This document shows, in pieces, positions 61,291-64,000 of a DNA stretch of 64,000 nt. This DNA comes from an uncultured delta proteobacterium (GTDB lineage: Bacteria; Desulfobacterota; Binatia; UBA9968). Where the stretch lies: the NCBI GenBank assembly GCA_963745035.1, contig CAVUVW010000013.1:1760001-1824000 (forward strand), written 5' to 3'. The stretch's first letter is position 1; every line of letters starts with the position of its first letter. Made by a program: the position numbers and the translations under genes. The notes below the pieces were generated by a model. It saw nothing but the letters and a program-made list of their open reading frames with translations, made no database searches and was not told the DNA's origin.

Positions 61291-61883
61291 GCCGCCAACC
61301 TTTCTTCCAGTCCCTGGAGCGCATCCTGGGTCAAAATCAGATGATCGTAGCGCAGCAGATCGTATACATTGACGCCTTCCACGCGCAGCACCTTGACTTT
61401 GGGCAGGTTGCGCGCCGAGCGCTCGATCTTCGCGTCGGACCGAGCGATCACGATGACGGCGCTTTCGACTTTCAACTCGCTCAGAGCCTTGACCATCAAC
61501 TTGGTTTTCGCCTCTTCAAGCTCAAACTTGTCCACGACGATGATCTTGCCTTCGCGGTTTTTCAGGCTAAGCGCCGAGAGCAGCGCCTCGCGCCGCGCCG
61601 TGCGCGGCAGCCGATAGGAATAGTCGCGCGGCTGGGGACCGAAGGTCGTGCCGCCGCCGACCCAGATCGGCGAGCGAATGCTGCCGGCACGCGCCCGGCC
61701 CGTGCCTTTTTGCCGCCACGGCTTTTTGCCGCCGCCGCTGACAAACCCTTTCGATTTCGTCGCCGCGCTGCCGGTGCGCCGGTTGGCGAGCTGCATGACC
61801 ACCGCTTGATGGAGCAGATGCCGGCGCGGCTTGGCACCGAATATCGTCTGATTGAGCTCCGGTTGAATGACGTGAACTTCCAT
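61287..61883 (-). CDS. rplD: 50S ribosomal protein L4
   Basis: KPWRQKGTGRARAG. Confidence 0.97.
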   Translation of the reverse strand: MEVHVIQPELNQTIFGAKPRRHLLHQAVVMQLANRRTGSAATKSKGFVSGGGKKPWRQKGTGRARAGSIRSPIWVGGGTTFGPQPRDYSYRLPRTARREALLSALSLKNREGKIIVVDKFELEEAKTKLMVKALSELKVESAVIVIARSDAKIERSARNLPKVKVLRVEGVNVYDLLRYDHLILTQDALQGLEERLAA

Positions 61884-61890
61884 GGTGCCT

Positions 61891-62523
61891 CTACTTCTTG
61901 ACCGCCGGCCGCAAAATCACCACGCCGCGCTTGGCGCCCGGCACCGCGCCGTGTACCAGCAACAGATTTTCCTCAGCGCGAATCTCCACGACCTCGAGGT
62001 TCTGCGTCGAAACCCGCTCGTTGCCCCAATGGCCGGCCATCTTTTTTCCCTTGCGCACGCGCCCGGGATACGAACGATTGCCGATCGAGCCGCCGTGGCG
62101 GAAATATTCGTGGGTGCCGTGGGAGCCGGGAAAGCCGGCAAAGGCCCAGCGCTTGATGACGCCGGAAAAGCCATGCCCTTTGGAGATGCCCGACACGTCG
62201 ATCCGATCCCCGACTTTGAATAGATCGCCGGCCTTGATCTCTTGACCCACTTCATACTGCATCACGTCGGCGACGCGAAATTCCTTCAAGACTTCAAAGG
62301 CGCCCTTGCCGGCCTTGGCCATGTGCCCCTGCCCGGCCTTGTTCACGCGCTGCGCTTTCTTGCTGCCAAAGCCGACTTGGAGCGCATCGTAGCCGTCGTT
62401 GGCGGTCTGCTTTTTTTGCACCACCACGCAGGGGCCGGTCTCCACCACCGTCACCGGAATTAGGTTTCCTTCGGCATTGTAAAACTGCATCATGCCGATC
62501 TTTCTTCCTATGAGTCCCGTCAT
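61891..62523 (-). CDS. rplC: 50S ribosomal protein L3
   Basis: [23 protein letters not shown]. Confidence 0.97.
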   Translation of the reverse strand: MTGLIGRKIGMMQFYNAEGNLIPVTVVETGPCVVVQKKQTANDGYDALQVGFGSKKAQRVNKAGQGHMAKAGKGAFEVLKEFRVADVMQYEVGQEIKAGDLFKVGDRIDVSGISKGHGFSGVIKRWAFAGFPGSHGTHEYFRHGGSIGNRSYPGRVRKGKKMAGHWGNERVSTQNLEVVEIRAEENLLLVHGAVPGAKRGVVILRPAVKK

Positions 62524-62551
62524 GTTCGCTTTCCGATCGCGCGCGGCGCCG

Positions 62552-62860
62552 TCACTGCAGTTTGATCTCGACGTCGACCCCCGCCGCGATGTCGAGCTTG
62601 CCCAAAGCGTCGATGGTCTGCTGCGTCGGCTCGAGAATATCGAGCAGCCGCTTGTGGGTACGAATCTCGTACTGGTCACGCGACTTCTTATCCACGTGCG
62701 GCGAGCGGTTCACGGTGAATCTCTCGATTCGCGTGGGCAACGGAATCGGTCCCGCGACCCGGCCGCCGGTCCGCCGCACCGTCTCGACGATCTCCCCCAC
62801 CGACTGGTCGAGCACGCGGTGGTCATAAGCTTTTAGGCGAATCCTGATCTTTTCGTTCAT
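62552..62860 (-). CDS. rpsJ: 30S ribosomal protein S10
   Basis: [17 protein letters not shown]. Confidence 0.98.
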   Translation of the reverse strand: MNEKIRIRLKAYDHRVLDQSVGEIVETVRRTGGRVAGPIPLPTRIERFTVNRSPHVDKKSRDQYEIRTHKRLLDILEPTQQTIDALGKLDIAAGVDVEIKLQ

Positions 62861-64000
62861 ACAGATTCATCCGACTTGCCGTCCAACTTGGCGATGATTC
62901 CTTCGGCAACCGCGGCCGGGACCGGCTCATAGTGAGAAAACTGCATCGTGTACGTGGCGCGGCCCTGGGTCATCGAACGCAGGTCGGTGGCGTAACCGAA
63001 CATCTGCGCCAACGGCACGCGCGCGTCGATCGCCTGCGCCGCAGGCCGCGTGTCCATGCCCAATACTTTGCCGCGCCGCGAACTAATATCACCGATCACG
63101 TCGCCCATAAAGTCCTCGGGGACCACGACCTCCACCGACATGATGGGCTCGAGCAGCACCGGACTGGCCTTGCGCGTAGCTTCCTTAAAAGCCATCGATC
63201 CGGCGATCTTGAAGGCGATTTCCGACGAATCGACGTCATGATAGCTGCCGTCGAAGAGCGTGACTTTGACGTCGACGACCGGATAGCCTGCGAGCGCGCC
63301 GGTTTCGGTCGCCTCTTTGATGCCTTTTTCGACGGCGGGAATGTATTCCCGCGGAATCGACCCGCCTTTGACAGCATCGACGAACTCGAATCCCGCGCCG
63401 GGCTGCTGCGGCTCGAGCTTGATCCAAACGTCGCCGTACTGGCCGCGACCGCCGGTCTGGCGCACGAAGCGGCCCTGCTGTTCGACGCTCCTGCGAACCG
63501 TTTCCTTATAGGCGACCTGGGGCCTGCCGACGTTGGCGCCAACATTGAACTCGCGGAGCAAGCGGTCGACGATGATCTCCAGGTGCAGCTCCCCCATGCC
63601 GGAGATGATCGTTTGGCCGGTTTCCTCATCCGTGCGGACTTTGAACGACGGATCCTCGGTGGCGAGCTTTTGCAGCGACAAGCCGAGCTTTTCTTGATCT
63701 GCCTTGCTCTTGGGCTCGATTGCGATGGAGATGACCGGATCGGGAAAGTCGATGGATTCCAGCACCACCGGCTTATCTTCGTCGCACAACGTATCGCCGG
63801 TGGTTGCGGTTTTGAGGCCGACGGCGGCGGCGATGTCGCCGGCGTAGACTTCCTTGATCTCCTCGCGCTTGTTCGCGTGCATCTTGAGCAGGCGGCCCAC
63901 TCGCTCACGCTTGCTGCGCGTCGAGTTGTAGACGGCGGCGCCGGAATTGATCGAGCCGGAGTACACGCGGAAAAACGTCAACGTGCCAACATACGGGTCG
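62857..64000 (-). CDS. fusA: Elongation factor G (partial; 5' end beyond the window)
   Basis: [32 protein letters not shown]. Confidence 0.97.
   Translation of the reverse strand, partial: DPYVGTLTFFRVYSGSINSGAAVYNSTRSKRERVGRLLKMHANKREEIKEVYAGDIAAAVGLKTATTGDTLCDEDKPVVLESIDFPDPVISIAIEPKSKADQEKLGLSLQKLATEDPSFKVRTDEETGQTIISGMGELHLEIIVDRLLREFNVGANVGRPQVAYKETVRRSVEQQGRFVRQTGGRGQYGDVWIKLEPQQPGAGFEFVDAVKGGSIPREYIPAVEKGIKEATETGALAGYPVVDVKVTLFDGSYHDVDSSEIAFKIAGSMAFKEATRKASPVLLEPIMSVEVVVPEDFMGDVIGDISSRRGKVLGMDTRPAAQAIDARVPLAQMFGYATDLRSMTQGRATYTMQFSHYEPVPAAVAEGIIAKLDGKSDESV

Overview
Bacterial window, probably from a Deltaproteobacteria-like lineage such as Binatota (inferred from gene content only), with four zones. 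(1) 0.4-13.2 kb is a lower-GC defence-type island: GST, a RAYT-like HUH/Y1 transposase, an ART-like orphan, a STAND ATPase-PRTase fusion, an IS3-interrupted PD-(D/E)xK nuclease, a truncated SF1 helicase joined to a truncated DNA methyltransferase, and RadC. (2) 13.5-37.9 kb is a mosaic array of small, almost all minus-strand cassettes. It holds about 9 toxin-antitoxin modules, about 11 complete or partial four-helix-bundle (TIGR02436/IVP/Avd-like) genes of two subfamilies, ORF6N and ArsR genes, and a group II intron. The cassettes are punctuated by about 16 co-oriented full or half copies of a conserved palindrome (GGGGAACTTCCACGTTTCGAGAATTCTCGAAACGTCGAAATGTGAAGTCAGG) and by four families of degenerate 6-9 nt tandem repeats. 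Each four-helix-bundle subfamily is bracketed by its own inverted repeat tract. This is the best candidate for an undescribed system. (3) 38-47.6 kb holds accessory metabolism: TctC-type binding proteins, an AlkB-like gene, an EEP nuclease and a UGA-containing GrdB/PrdB-like selenoprotein. (4) 47.8-64 kb is the S10-spc-alpha ribosomal cluster with partial fusA; rpmD and tuf are missing from their usual positions. Many single-base indels suggest long-read assembly error, so pseudogene calls based only on a frameshift are tentative.
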